In this document: positions 14,367 to 28,272 of the stretch, piece after piece
How the letters are laid out: the number at the start of each line of letters is the position of its first letter
How positions within the stretch are numbered: the first letter of the stretch is position 1
DNA from: Catajapyx aquilonaris
Lineage: Eukaryota
Direction: 5' to 3'
NCBI GenBank assembly: GCA_000934665.2
Contig: JYFJ02003043.1
Coordinates: forward strand, 1-46,962
Length of the DNA: 46,962 nt
Position numbers and translations under genes: made by a program
Notes under the pieces: model-generated
Told to the model about the DNA's origin: nothing
Databases searched by the model: none
What the model saw: the letters and a program-made list of their open reading frames with translations, nothing else

Positions 14367-15378
14367 TGCTTGTATAGCTGCTAAAACATATGTAGCTAAA
14401 ATATAAGCCTTCCTACATAATAAATATGCATAAAATGGATGCATTGCACGAGTTTCCAAAATAAAACTTATTGTCAAATAATGACGTGTACACCAATTAA
14501 TTCTTCTACAGACAATTAATTTTACATACGTATTAACCAATCAGTTGTCATCCTGAAAAAAATCACGTGCTCCTTCAAGTACTCAGCAAGACAAGATGTA
14601 TCCCCGTAGTTGACACGCATTTTCAAAATAAACCCGATGGTTTGGAGCAGGTTGGCCTTTGACGGACTAATGTGCTGGTGGTAAACTAAAATTGGAATGA
14701 TTTATTTGACAGATATACTAAAGAGTGCAGGTTTCTTGGCAAGGCTGTTCACTTCACAGGAAATATTAGCTTGAGGGCGTGACTTGCACAAATGGCTTCA
14801 TTTTCAGGGTTTAATATCTTCTAGTCCGAACATGTGATTTACTTATGACAATTTTAATGACTTGCCATTTTTGCCTCCAATGTCCAAACTTGCGCCCTGT
14901 CAACTGGAAAATATGGCTTATTAATATAATTGCGAGATGTGAGAAACGCGAAAAAAAATCAATCTCATACTGTATATTGCATTGAAATTTTTCAGATCCG
15001 TTTATTAATAGCGTAATAATATTGAACAAATGATATTTCCTCACAGCCCAACGGAATGTGTGTTTTTTGTGTTATTTTCAGGAAATGAACATCGTACGTG
15101 CCCGAGGCGGCATTCCATCATATTACGGCATAACTTTGGAGATAGCCCAGAGAAACGCTATAGAGCTGTGGAAAAATTCCGCAGGTGCAGTCATATTTCT
15201 AAACTTTTATCTCAGTTCGTGGCGGATATTAAAAAGTTATGTAGTGTGAATCACATGATTGGACATTCCTCAACATTTATTCATCACGGGTTTCTCCGTA
15301 AAATTAATCACTTATATCAAAATTCGACCGCATGTTTCTGACGCCCCCTTTTCTTGACATAAACATCGAAACCGCAGT

Positions 15379-15432
15379 CGAGTTCCGCCCAAGTGCTCAT
15401 TTCCTGTCAATACACAAGAGTAGACTATAAAA
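15379..15432 (+). promoter_or_regulatory. FReD promoter module (GC-box-like motif plus TATA), representative copy
   Basis: cgagttccgccc followed by TATAAAA at 15426. Equivalent TATA boxes lie at 17829, 20457, 22340, 23918, 26507, 28214, 39236 and 43162, each after a similar GC-rich motif. Confidence 0.7.
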
Positions 15433-15509
15433 GGAGGCAAACAATACCTATTTTTAACATAATCTTAAACATGCAATATAGGTTATTGAATCCGGCGGGT
15501 AAACCGAAG

Positions 15510-17436
15510 ATGAAACTTTGCGTGTTAATTGCTTTTATGTCATTGTTTATCCTGATTTTTGATCAAGTTTCAGGCGACAATGAAGTGGAAATAAATATTC
15601 CAGGACCTCGTCCCAACAAGGTATGTCTTCAAATTATTTTCATACTGTAGTATCCTACAGTAATTACCGTATGTTTACTCCAAGAATATTATGGAGTAAG
15701 TTATAGTCAAATTGTAAAAAAATCAAGGATGACGTTTGAAATGCTATATCATTTGCATCATCAAATATCTTGCGTTAAAATAAATATTCATTTTTCAGGA
15801 TTTGAGCAGTCCAAGTCATGTCCACCTGGACTCAGGTACAGTGCTCCGGAATGTAATTTTTATGTAATCAATTTAAAAACAAAAACATGACCGATTACAG
15901 GAAGATTTTGGAGACACGCTCCATTCAGCAGTTGCGCCGAGGTGCAATTGGCAGGCCATCGAACCAACGGAATTTATACTCTTCAAGTCCTCTGCAAGGA
16001 AATCCAGGTAACTACATATAGCAATTGCCATGATAGTAAAGGTGCCTTATGTCAAAATAATTGACAGGTGTACTGCGATCTGACAACCGATGGAGGTGGT
16101 TGGGAAGTTTTGCAGCGTCGAGACGACTACAACCCTGTGCTAAATTTCTATCGGAACTGGATGGCTTACAAAACTGGATTTGGAGACATAAACAAGGACT
16201 TCTGGCTGGGTGAATTGCGTTACTCAAAAATTAGAGATAGAATCGCTTCACCAGTAGCCTAACAAACATTATGCGAAAAATAATGGCCATACTTATCTTG
16301 GGTTTATTATTATTGTGTTCATTATTCCGCTTTTTAATTCTACAGTATATGAGTAAGTATATTTTCGTACTTGCCCTTACTGATAGAAATGATATCGATT
16401 CTTTCGGAACTAATTATGAAATTTTTAAAAGGTCTGGACAACATTCACCGTTTGTCATCGAATACACCCTGCTCCTTGAGAATCGAGCTGGAAGATTTTG
16501 AAGGAAACAAACGATTTGCTAACTACAATCGATTCCATGTTTCTGGTGAATCAAACAATTACAAGCTCCTGGTGGAGGGCTTCAGTGGGGATGCAGGTGA
16601 CATAATTATCATTATTGAAAAATGACTCACCATAATGTTAATGCTTTTGTAGTGTAGCAATGGCCCATATAAATCTTTTCATAACTGATATAGCCTTCAC
16701 ACATTGGTAGCCTAAAACTCCTAAACTTCTAATGAAAATTCAGAAGTTGCAGACAGATATTTCCTCATTCAGTGTTTAATAAATCTCTTAATAATGTTGA
16801 TAATAGCTGTGCTACATGAATGCACGTTGATAAAATCGTGACACGCTTTTTAATGATATTGCTTATTACAGTGCACCTGATGCAGTGATTTGTTATTGCT
16901 TTGCAGGGGATTCACTCCTGGGCCACAATGGATATCCGTTCACCACATTCGATCGAGACAACGATGCGAATAGAGGTGCAAACTGTGCTGCAGTATATCA
17001 CGGATCTTGGTGGTACACAGATTGTCACGCAGTAAGTTTCCTATTTAATTACATTCTGCATTTATAAATTAGTATCGATGTTCATGCCACACTGGTCCCA
17101 GATTGCGAATGACAACAAAACATACCATGATAATATTTTACTTGCATAATTATGTGAAATAGGCAGAATCTTTACGTGAAACCATTATTTTGTGCGCATA
17201 ATGATGACGTCAGTGATTTATTGTGTACCTCTCAGATTTATGACTTGTTCACATCTGACATTACTGTATTCGTAATAATTTTGCAGTCCAACCTTAACGG
17301 GAAGTATCTGCGAGGCAAACACACATCATACGCTGATGGAGTGGAATGGAATGCACGGCATGGCCTGCACTATTCTCTCAAGAAAACCGAGATGAAAATA
17401 CGTCCTGTGGATTTTCTATCCTTCACATCCCAGTAG
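15510..17436 (+). CDS. Secreted fibrinogen-domain lectin FReD-1 (tachylectin-5/FIBCD1-like), 7 exons, ~278 aa
   Basis: Exons 15510-15620, 15799-15835, 15901-16007, 16068-16209, 16432-16596, 16907-17031 and 17287-17436. Signal peptide plus motifs [46 protein letters not shown]. Confidence 0.93.
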
Positions 17437-17934
17437 AGAAGAGTTCAGCAACGAATCATGGTGCCATTTCATCTATCAGATTTTGTTGCATGAGTCTTTT
17501 CCCTGGTTTTCTTGAACTATTAAAGAAATGGAAATGGTGTCTCTTGTATTTTGATTGATTGTTAGACCAGGATTTACCTTTCATAATGATCCAGTTGCAT
17601 TGTGAAACTGAAATCAGGAAAATCGGTCCTATAATTATAGAACTCCAAAGATAACCAATCAATATAATATACCATAGTATGTTACATAAGCAAATTTTCA
17701 TGCTCTAAAATTAAGACAAACTTCAATTCAGACCACAAACACTTGACGCCCATCCATATGAAAATACCAAAACCATTATCGAGCTCCGCCCTCCAAGTGT
17801 CCCTTTCCTGTCAATAACCGAGCTGGACTATAAAAGCAGGTATATCCAAGGTCCCAGAATATTTGAAGGCTGTCGATAGTCCATTTTTTGCAACAGCTTT
17901 AAAGTTTATGATACTATTACAATATAATTTTGGC

Positions 17935-20081
17935 ATGGAAAGCTTTCTGTTTCTTATTTCTTTCACTGCACTGTCTCTTCTGACTAGTGGTGAAGCCCAT
18001 GGGGTCAATAAGGTGCAGGCAAATCTTCCCGGACCTTCCCGAAAGGTAGGTTAAAAACTTAATTCACGTCGTTATTAACGAGATCCCTATAATAACAACC
18101 TGTGCAGACCATCAGTTTAAAAACATATCTTGTAGTAAATCTGATAAAGAACATAATGTATTTGAATATTCATACAGGATATCAGCAGCCAGCAGACATC
18201 CCTGCTCTCAGGTACTGTACTGTACAACATGCAATTTATACTACAGGCATGTTCACATGCTGATCAATCACTTTTGCTCCCAATAGTAGCCAGAGTGAAT
18301 AATTGACACTCAAGTGTTTTTCTCCCAGTTGATGAGTTTTCTCTTTTTGTCTGATAATATTTTTATTTACGCCTGAATTCATGGCTAGATGGAGGAAGAT
18401 CTAAAAGGCATGCAGTATTTAGCAGTTGCGCCGAAGTACAATTGGCAGGGCATCGAACCAATGGCGTTTACACTCTGCAAGTTTTCTCCAAGGAAATTGA
18501 GGTAAGTGGCTTCGGAATATTTCCTTCATCTTACCACAAAGCATGTACCACTTCCAAATAATTAACAGGTGTACTGCGATCTGACAACCGATGGAGGTGG
18601 TTGGGCTGTTTTTCAGCGTCGAGATGATTACACACCTCCGTTAGACTTCTATCGGAACTGGATGGCTTACAAGACTGGATTTGGAGACATCAACAAGGAC
18701 TTCTGGCTGGGTGAATTGCGTTAACCAAAAAATTGGAGCTAGAATCGCTTCACCAGTAACAAACAGTACCATGAGAAATGAATGCCCATATTTGGCAGCG
18801 TTTTAAAATAATATTTATTATTCCGATTCATAATTACACAGAATATATGTAATACCTTAGTGCTTTACATTTATGCTGTAAATGAATCAATATTCTTTGG
18901 GAACTAATTATGTATTTTAAAAAGGCCTGGACAACATGCACCGCTTGTCATCGCATGCACCTTGCTCCTTGCGAATTGAGCTGGAAGATTTTGAAGGAAA
19001 CAAAAGATTTGCTAACTACGATCGATTCCATATTTCTGGTGAATCTAACAATAATTACAAGCTTCTGGTGGAGGGCTTCAGTGGGAATGCAGGTGACATA
19101 ACAATAATTATATTCTCAACATCCTTATTGAAAAATGTCCCCCTTACCGTATATATATATACTGTCTATGTTTGTGTAGAGTCTGTAATTATTTTTACAT
19201 ACACACTTTGACATCCTAAAGACCTCAACTCTAACAATAGAAGTTGCAGGGAGAAGCTTTTCTGAAGCGTTAAACACTCTTAACAATGTTGATTATCGTT
19301 TTGTTACATAAATGCACGTTATTAGAATGGTGAGACGGTTAGCCCTTGATATTTTAGGCAAATTACATTGCTTAACAGTGCTCAGTGCATATATTGCAGT
19401 GATCGTTATTTCGTTGCAGGCGATTCATTCGGGGGACAAAATGGATATCCATTCAGCACGTTTGATCGAGACAACGATATATACAGTGCAAACTGCGCTG
19501 TGGAATTTCACGGAGCTTGGTGGTACACAAATTGTCACGGAGTAAGATTACTAGTTAATTGCAATTTATATTGATAAAATTACACATTGGTGTTCATGCC
19601 ACACTATATAGTCTCAGATTATGTGAATGGCGACAAAAACCTATGATAATGTCTTCCTATGCAAAGCAAAAAGCAATAGTAGGTGAGGCTGAATATCTAT
19701 GATGGGCGTACTAAAATGATTTACGATTTATTTTCCCCCGCAAATACAGTGCCCACACATTATAATATTATAATGTGTGGGCACTGTATTTGTGGCAAAA
19801 AAATACTGTAAATCATTTTAGTACGGCCTTCGAACATAGCCATTTGTGAGAGTGTAACGATAAAAATGTTTGATTTGTATATCTATCGGATCTATTACTT
19901 AATATCTGAAAGCATTACTTCAATTTTGCAGTCCAACCTGAACGGGAAATATTTGCGAGGCAACCACACATCATACGCTGACGGAGTAGAATGGTCTTCA
20001 TGGCATGGTCAGCACTATTCTCTCAAGAAAACCGAGATGAAGATACGTCCTGTGGATTTTCTATCCTTCATATCCCAGTAA
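17935..20081 (+). CDS. Secreted fibrinogen-domain lectin FReD-2, 7 exons
   Basis: Same exon structure as FReD-1. [10 protein letters not shown] signal peptide, RSKR before the domain, WWYTNCHG, stop at 20081. Confidence 0.92.
19704..19828. mobile_element. Small foldback insertion in FReD-2 intron 6
   Basis: cgtactaaaatgatttac...acagtgcccacacattataat|attataatgtgtgggcactgt...gtaaatcattttagtacg. Absent from FReD-1 intron 6. Confidence 0.8.
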
Positions 20082-20555
20082 AGAAGAGTTCAGCAACGAG
20101 TCATCGTGCCATTTTACTATTAGCTGATTTTCCCATGTATCTCTTGCCTGTTTTGAAGCATGATCTTCTATTAAAGAAATGTAAATGGTGTATTTTTCTG
20201 ATATTTTGATTGATTAATCATCCCGGATTTACCTTTACCCAGTCGCATTGTGATGCTGCAATCAGACAAATCGGTCATATGTCAAACGCCTAAAATTACA
20301 TATTCATGTTACATAAGCATATTTTCCTGCTCTAAAATTAATACAAACCTCAGACCACAAACTCTTGACGCACATCCATATGAAAATATCCGTATAACCA
20401 CTATCGAGCTACGCCCTCCAAGCGTCATTTTCCTGTCAATAATAACCTTGCTGGACTATAAAAGCACGTAACTGTCAGGGCCTCAGAATATTCGGAAGTC
20501 TATATAGTCCTTTTTCAACAGTAGTCTTTGAATTATAATAAATTATAAGTTTGGT

Positions 20556-22010
20556 ATGGAAAGCTTTCTGGTTCTTATTGCTTTCACTGCACTATCTCTC
20601 CTGATGGGCCGTGGAGCCCATGGGGTCAATGAGGTGCAAGAAAATCTTCCCGGGCCTCTCCAAAAGGTAGGTTAAAAACTTTATTCATGTAATATTAACG
20701 AGATCATCTGAAGATCCTTAATAACAACCTGTACAGACCATCTGTGTGGGTTTAAAAATGTAACTTGCAGTACATGATAATGAATTTGGATTTTCTTGCA
20801 GGATATCAACAGCCAGCTTACATTAGGTACAGTTATGTACAATTTACTAGACATAATCACATTCTGGGCAGTCCCTGTTGCTCAATAGCAGTATATTTAA
20901 AATAATGTACAAAATATTCACACTCAGGTGTTTTCCTTACAGTTAATGTATTTTTAAGTTTTTATGTAATAAATTTTAATTTACACCTGAATTCAGGGCT
21001 AGATGCAGGAAGGTCTAAAAGGCAAGCAATATTCAGCAGTTGCGCCGAAGTACAATTGGCAGGGCATCGAACCAATGGAGTTTACACTCTACAAGTTTTC
21101 TCCAAGGAAATTGAGGTGAGTGGCTTTGTAATATTTCCTTCATCTAATATCCCACCACAAAACATGCACCATTTCCAAATAATTAACAGGTGTATTGCGA
21201 TCTGACAACCGGTGGAGGTGGTTGGGCGGTTTTGCAGCGTCGAGATGATTACAAACCTCTGTTAGACTTCTATCAGAACTGGATGGCTTACAAGACTGGA
21301 TTTGGAGACATCAACAAGGACTTCTGGCTCAGTAGTAAACTCAACACATTCTAGGTACTGCAGGTGCGATGTCACTGTATGACACTCATGGTGTCATTTT
21401 TTTAAAAGGGCTGGACAATATACATCTTTTGACGTCACATGTGCCATGCTCCTTGCGAATTGAACTGGGAGATTTTGAAGGAAACAAGAGATTCGCTCAC
21501 TACAATCGATTCCATGTTGCGGGTGAATCCAACAATTACAAGCTCCTGGTGGAGGGCTTCAGTGGGGATGCAGGTGATATAATATTCTTAGCCATTTTTA
21601 TAAAAGAGAAGCGGCCATTGTTGATTCTTTGTGCCTTAATGCTCATTGTCGTGCAGCTGATTCATTATCGTTTCACAATGGGCAACAATTCAGTACGCTC
21701 GATCGAGACAACGATTCGCATGCTGGGTATCACTGTGCTGTGCAATACCATGGTGGGTGGTGGTATGCTGCATGTCACGTTGTAAGTGTTGTTGTTGACG
21801 CTCCTTTACAATAAGTTGCATGACCCTCAAAGACTGATTTATTACATTGTACTTTTTCAGTCCAACTTAAATGGGAAATATTTGAGAGGTAACCACTCGT
21901 CTTATGCCAATGGTGTTGAATGGTCTTCGTGGCGTGGCCAGCATTATTCTCTCAAGAAAACCGAAATGAAGATACGTCCTGTAGAATTCCTCTCCTACAT
22001 ATCCCTATAA
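20556..22010 (+). CDS. Secreted fibrinogen-domain lectin FReD-3, 7 exons, possibly degenerating
   Basis: All exons are present and in frame, but the exon-4 donor is a weak A|GTAGTA and the conserved FWLG becomes FWLR. Confidence 0.78.
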
Positions 22011-22429
22011 ATTGAATTTTAATATTATTATCATGGTATTTTCCTGATCAGATGTGAACAACTTGTTTTTCTTGTCTATCATACTCAGGGGCAATGGGTT
22101 ACCTGATGTCAGGAAAGTGGACATTTTTTTTATTGTACCGTACTTTCATTTTAAATGATGCAAATAAAATATTGAATAGTTCATTGCTTTTTAAAATCAC
22201 TGCGATCCTTACAGATATTAATAAAAGCATATTTCCTGCTGTAAAATTACATAATATCGTACAAAACTCAGACCGCAGGATTGAAAACCTCAAATACCAC
22301 AATCGCGCTCCGCCTCTCCAAATGTCCATTTCCCGATGGTATATAAGGAGGTGTATCAAAACCCACAAGATTTAAAGTAGAAGTATACATCTTTGTAATC
22401 AAGTTTCTAGAGGTTCTGAAATCGACGCC

Positions 22430-23568
22430 ATGATGGCAAATTGCATATTCACCATCACTTTTATTGCACTGTCTCTTCTGACCAAGGCGTCAGGAGCAGA
22501 CAACGAAGTGCAAGAAAATCTTCCTGGACCTGCTCACAAGGATGTTTCGGGATTCAGGTCTAAAAGACAAGCTTCATTCAGCAATTGTGCTGATGTGCAA
22601 TTGGCAGGCCATCGGACCAGCGGAGTCTACATTCTTCAAGTGTTCTCGAAACAAATCGAGGTAACTGCACTTTGAGTGCGTTTACGTGTATGTATAGGGT
22701 TTCTCTGTTGACTGCAGTACTCCTTGTTACTGGGTAATTTCCTAACTTTAATTGACAGGTGTATTGCGATCTGACAACCGATGGAGGTGGTTGGGCTGTT
22801 TTCCAGCGTCGAGATGATTATTCACCTCTGTTAGACTTCTATCGGAACTGGATGGCTTATAAGACTGGATTTGGAGACATCAACAGGGACTTCTGGTTTG
22901 GTAGGCATACAGTACTTGTATAGAGGGTGGTAAGCCTATCACTGCATGCAAATTATGCTTCATATTTATTTAAAGGTTTGGACAGCATCCATCTTTTGAC
23001 ATCACATGTACCTTCTGCATTACGAATTGAACTGGAAGATTTTGAAGGAGGAAAACGGTTTGCCCAGTACACTCGTTTCCATGTTGCTGGTGAATCCAAC
23101 AACTACAAGCTCCTGGTTGATGGATTCTCTGGGAATTCAGGTGACGTAATTTCCAACATCCTTGTCACAAAAAAAACCATTAAGGTGATTTAAATTGTGT
23201 TGTAGGGGATTCACTCGCGTATCAAAATGGGCAGCAGTTCAGCACGTTTGATCGAGACAACGATGCAAATGAAGGTGGCAATTGCGCTGTGTCATATCAT
23301 GGGGCTTGGTGGTATGCAGGTTGCCATGGTGTAAGCATTATTAGTGTTGCTAAATTGTCCAGGTTTGTCCCAGTGGGTGAGAATGTGGCTAATAAATTTT
23401 GACATTATTATTTTGCAGTCCAACTTAAATGGAAATTATTTGCGAGGCAACCATACTTCATATGCTGACGGAGTGTGCTGGGCTTCATGGCGAGGTGCGC
23501 ACTATTCTCTGAAAAAAACCGAGATGAAGATACGTCCTGTGGATTTCTTGTCTTATATTTCACCATAA
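22430..23568 (+). CDS. Secreted fibrinogen-domain lectin FReD-4, 5 exons
   Basis: The first exon runs uninterrupted from the signal peptide through RSKR to SKQIE. Later exons are as in paralogs; WWYAGCHG. Confidence 0.92.
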
Positions 23569-23993
23569 TTTCTAAAACACAAGAGCCCATTATTAATTTC
23601 TATTTCAATTTTCCTTATTTCTCTTGCCAGTCTTAAGTTTTCTATACAGAAAAACAAGTTGACACCGTTGAAAAATTGGAAGCGATGAAATGTGTAAATA
23701 GTGCAAGCAAAATCTTGAATATTTGATTCCATTGTAAAAGTCACTGGGATCCCATATAGCCTCTAATAAAAACATATTTCTTGCAGTTCAGTGAACTCAG
23801 TTTGTATAAGTCTCACACCGCAAAATCCTGACATTCTTAAACGAATGAAAACCTCAAATGCCACAATCGAGCTCCGCCTCTCCAAATGTCCATTTCCTGT
23901 CTCTAACTGTGAAATAGTATATAAGACGATGCACCAACCCTAGGAGATTTTAAGTGTAGAAGCCTACATTTTTGTAAGGTCTTAAATCAAACC

Positions 23994-25356
23994 ATGGCAA
24001 ATTGCATCTTCACCATAACTTTCATGGCATTGTTTCTTCTGAACATCGCTAAGGCGTCAGGAGCAGACAACGAAGTGCAAGTAAATCTTCCTGGACCTGC
24101 CCACAATGAGGTCTTGGGGTTCAGGTCTAAGAGACAAGTTTCATTCAGCAGTTGCGCAGAAGTGCAATTGGCAGGACATAGAACCAGTGGCGTCTACACC
24201 CTTCAAGTCTTCTCTACACAAATTGAGGTAACTGCACTTGGAGTGTCTATAATTGTGAGGGTTATCAGACTGCAGAAATATAAAGTCTAATTTATTTTCT
24301 GTAATTAACAGGTGTATTGCGATCTAACAACCGATGGAGGTGGTTGGGCTGTTTTCCAGCGTCGAGATGATTACACACCGCTGCAAGATTTCTATCGGAA
24401 CTGGATGGGTTATAAGACTGGATTTGGAGACATCAACAAGGACTTCTGGCTGGGTAGGTATATTATGCTGGGTATAGGTACAAGCTTCTCCTTGCATGGA
24501 AATCATGAGTTATTTATTCAAAGGTTTGGACAGCGTTCATCTTTTGACATCGCATGTACCATCTTCCTTGCGAATTGAACTAGAAGATTTTGATGGAGGA
24601 AAACGGTTTGCCCAGTACACTCGTTTCCATGTTGCTGGTGAATCCAACAACTACAAGCTCTTGGTTGAGGGATTCTCTGGGAATTCAGGTGACGTAATTT
24701 CCAGCATCCTTTAGGGAAAATGCTAATATGGGCATCGCAATTTTCATTGTGTTAATGCCAGGAAGTTAAATTAAAATGTATCTTGTATGTAACGGACTGC
24801 AGAGGTAGAAATAATATAAGTTACAGTATTTCCATTTGAGGCACATTTGTCTGGCCCTAGAGAAGGATTTTCAATGCGTTTCCGTCTCACAAAGTGACCA
24901 GTCCAGCACGGAAATTATTTTCAGAACTCTGATATTTCACTTTTAAAAGGTTGACTGTCAAGATTATTTACAGATTATTGCCTTGCAGGAGATTCACTCG
25001 CATCTCAGAATGGGCAACAGTTCACCACGTTTGATAGAGACAACGATGCAAATGAAGGTGGCAACTGCGCTGTGGCATACCATGGGGCTTGGTGGTATGC
25101 AAAATGCCATAGTGTAAGTATTAGTTAGTGTTTCTATATTCTCCAGGTTTGTCCAAGGGAGCGAGAATGTCGTTCATGAATATATTTTCATGTTATTATT
25201 TTGCAGTCCAACTTAAATGGAAATTATTTGCGAGGCAACCACACTTCATACGCTGACGGAGTGTGCTGGTCTTCATGGCGCGGTCCTCATTATTCTCTGA
25301 AAAAAACCGAGATGAAGATACGTCCTCTGGATTTCTTGTCTTATATGTCATTGTAA
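23994..25356 (+). CDS. Secreted fibrinogen-domain lectin FReD-5, 5 exons
   Basis: Close paralog of FReD-4; [11 protein letters not shown] at 25354-25356. Confidence 0.92.
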
Positions 25357-25499
25357 CTTACAACATTACACATTTTATATTTTGTACCCCGGAAGAAATC
25401 TGTACATTGCAATGGAGTGGAACCTTTCACACTTCACCATCTATTGTTTGTATGACCTTTCTTTTTGACGCCCCGCCACAACCTTCTGTTTAATATGCC

Positions 25500-25813
25500 C
25501 TCTTTCCCCCCCGATCGTGTTCATTGGCTGTTTCTAAACACACCTAGAGGGGAAGCATATAACTTGTTTAATTCCTTTGTTAATGCAGTTATCAAGAGAA
25601 TCAACATGTGGGCTGATTGAACTTTTAGTACGTAGTTTGGAAGACGCCTGTCCCAAGAATGATTTTCACCTATACCGTTGTGCTTTTCCTGTTTATTGTA
25701 CTCCAGAGCGTGTCCCCCCAAAATGGCTCTGCCCTCGAACGGGGCATCATGAATAAATAAATAAATAAATACATACATAAATAAATAAATACATAAATAA
25801 ATAAATAAATAAA
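25500..25813 (+). mobile_element. Probable 3' end of a non-LTR retrotransposon with an (AATA)n tail
   Basis: Sequence absent from the FReD-4 3' region, ending in a long AATA/CATA microsatellite. Confidence 0.4.
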
Positions 25814-26560
25814 ATATTTTGTAATCTTTTGCAATTTTAAGAATGAACATGTCTGTTTCTCTTACGTTTTCTACAGAAAAACAAGTCAACACAGTTGGGA
25901 AATTGGAGGACTTGAAAGTAATGTAGTATATTTAAACTAACATCTGAGAGTTAATGAAAAATTATAACATACCGTAGGTACTACACTACTTGTTGTATTA
26001 TTAAAAATAAATGGACTGTATTACAGCGTGTTTCAGTTTAATAGAATGCCATCATGACACCTTTCATATCCAAAGCAGCCAGCCGTGAAGAAAAACCTAA
26101 AATAGATCCACAGCAAGTGACACAGCACCTTCGAAAAATTGTGAGATTTTATTGTTAATACACATCAAGTTGGAACCGGACACACGTAAGTCAGCAATTA
26201 AAGTTAATGACTGCAAGTAATTTTAACAGCCTCGCATTTATTGAAGCCCATTTTCGCAATAATTTTATGACGTTGTTTTTAACTGTTGGCACATTTTGTT
26301 ACAATAAAAATGATGACATCAAGCAATATCTTTAACCACAAGTAAGCCGACATGTATGGCAATCGGTACGCTTCAAGGAAAGCAGGTGCAGTCTTAGAAA
26401 TGCGCCGCCATATGAAGTTACCCTTAGATAACTCCACCCGACTCCTCCCTTATTTACCCAGAAAAGTACGCTTATTCTGAATAAGCCATATGGATTTATA
26501 CATTCCTATATAAAAATAAATGATCGATTACAGTGGTGCGAGAGCAGCTGAAGCTGAAGA

Positions 26561-26674
26561 ATGGAGCGTTCTGGCTGTTTCCATGTCTTCATTGCATTAG
26601 CGATCCTACTGAAACTTCAGGTGTCATCTGGTGACGATGGAAACATAACAGACCCTTCAGACCCTTCTGGTCAG
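26561..26674 (+). other. Orphan FReD exon 1 with its own promoter
   Basis: [40 protein letters not shown] is nearly identical to exon 1 at 43221. TATA at 26507. No downstream exons before the next promoter. Confidence 0.8.
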
Positions 26675-28272
26675 GTCAGGTCCTTTCACCTTATTCGCAG
26701 CAGTACAGAATAAATTGTTCACTTGGAAACCAAGGCAGTGTATTTTCTAAGTTCAGTCGTCCTTTTATAGAGGTATAATTTTTTCTTCAATCATGTCTTC
26801 GGGATTTAATGTTGGAAGACGCTAAATAATAAATCTTGTTGCCAATGATAGCTTGTAAAGCTAGAATGACTGTACATTACATTGTTTTCTCGGACCTAGC
26901 ATAATAGCCTAGTATGCAGTAGCAATTTCTAAACCCAGCCTCTTCACATGTGTACGGCCATATTGATTTTCTTGGAAAGTCATCACACATACCCTGAACA
27001 ATTTTCAAGTCAGCTTGGGAAGGAACAAGTTTCAATTCGTATATTGGCACGATTTACGATGACGAGGGATGGCAATAACTTCATCTCACCCTAATTCGCG
27101 GAGAGCGTACAACTGCTTGTCCCGGTACTTTATCTGGATGGTTTTCTGTTAATATGCACCTCCACCTGTTCAAAACCCTGGGTCTTGGCGGCAATGCCGT
27201 CATTTCGCTTTAATCTGACGCACTTCTTTTATGGCCTGTAAACCTATTTTAACTTTTGCATTTGGGAGTTCTAATCCTTTCCCGCAAAAATACGCGTTTC
27301 TTCTCTACATGACTTTCCGCTATTTTTCCCACAACCGCACCTTCAGCAAATGAAACGACACTAAAGGTGACACAAGGCTTGGAAATTCATAACACAAATC
27401 ACAAGGAGTAAGGGGAGTCATGCATTATTATTGCACCGTAAAATAACAGCACACATGAAAAAAATTGTATAATTAATATGTAGTTTACGTTTATGAAAAA
27501 TTGAAGTTAAGTAGCGCAGGCAGCGTCATTATTTATGGTTATCGTTCTGACGTAAACGCACGTTTTCGAAATCTCCAAAATGGAAGACATTAAAAAAAAA
27601 TCTAATCATGTTCCCCAACCATGATTTTCCAGAATTCTTCTCTGGAGGTACAGATGGTCCAAAAGAATATTTTCAAACAAAAATTATATTTCCAAAAATT
27701 ATTACCCTCGCGAGCCATATTATGGCGTAACATTTCCTGTACTATACCTACATTAGAGGCTCAGCAGGTGATCGCAGCACCTTCGAAAAATGATGAGATT
27801 TTTCTACAGCTACGCATTATGTCGCAACCTAACAGTCAGAAATTCAAGTGACCGTGAGTAGTTTTAACACATAAAATATTTCCTCCCACTAGGATGCACC
27901 ATTAACATTACCTACTGACTCGGTAGTTTTATTGAAGCCTATTTTCGCGATAATTTTGTGACGTTGCGTTGTTTATAATTCCAGTTGCATAAAGACAATA
28001 AAAATGACATAAAGCAATGCCTGTAACCACATGGCGCCGCAAGTAAGCCGTCATATATGGCAGTCGGTACGCCTAAGGGAAAGCATGTTACATTTTTATG
28101 CAGGTGCAGTCTTAGAAATGTGCCGCGGTATCATCCTGAGGGAACTCCGCCCGATTCCGCCCTTAGCATATAAGCCTATATCCTGAATAAGCACCATGGC
28201 GTTACACATTTCCTATATAAACGGAATGATCGGTTACTGTGGTATGAGAGCAGCAGAAGCTGCAGCTAAAGA

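Noticed and set aside
15165..15300. kappaB-like sites (GGAAAAATTCC, GGGTTTCTCC) upstream of FReD-1
   Set aside because: Imperfect matches, not seen at equivalent positions in the other promoters.
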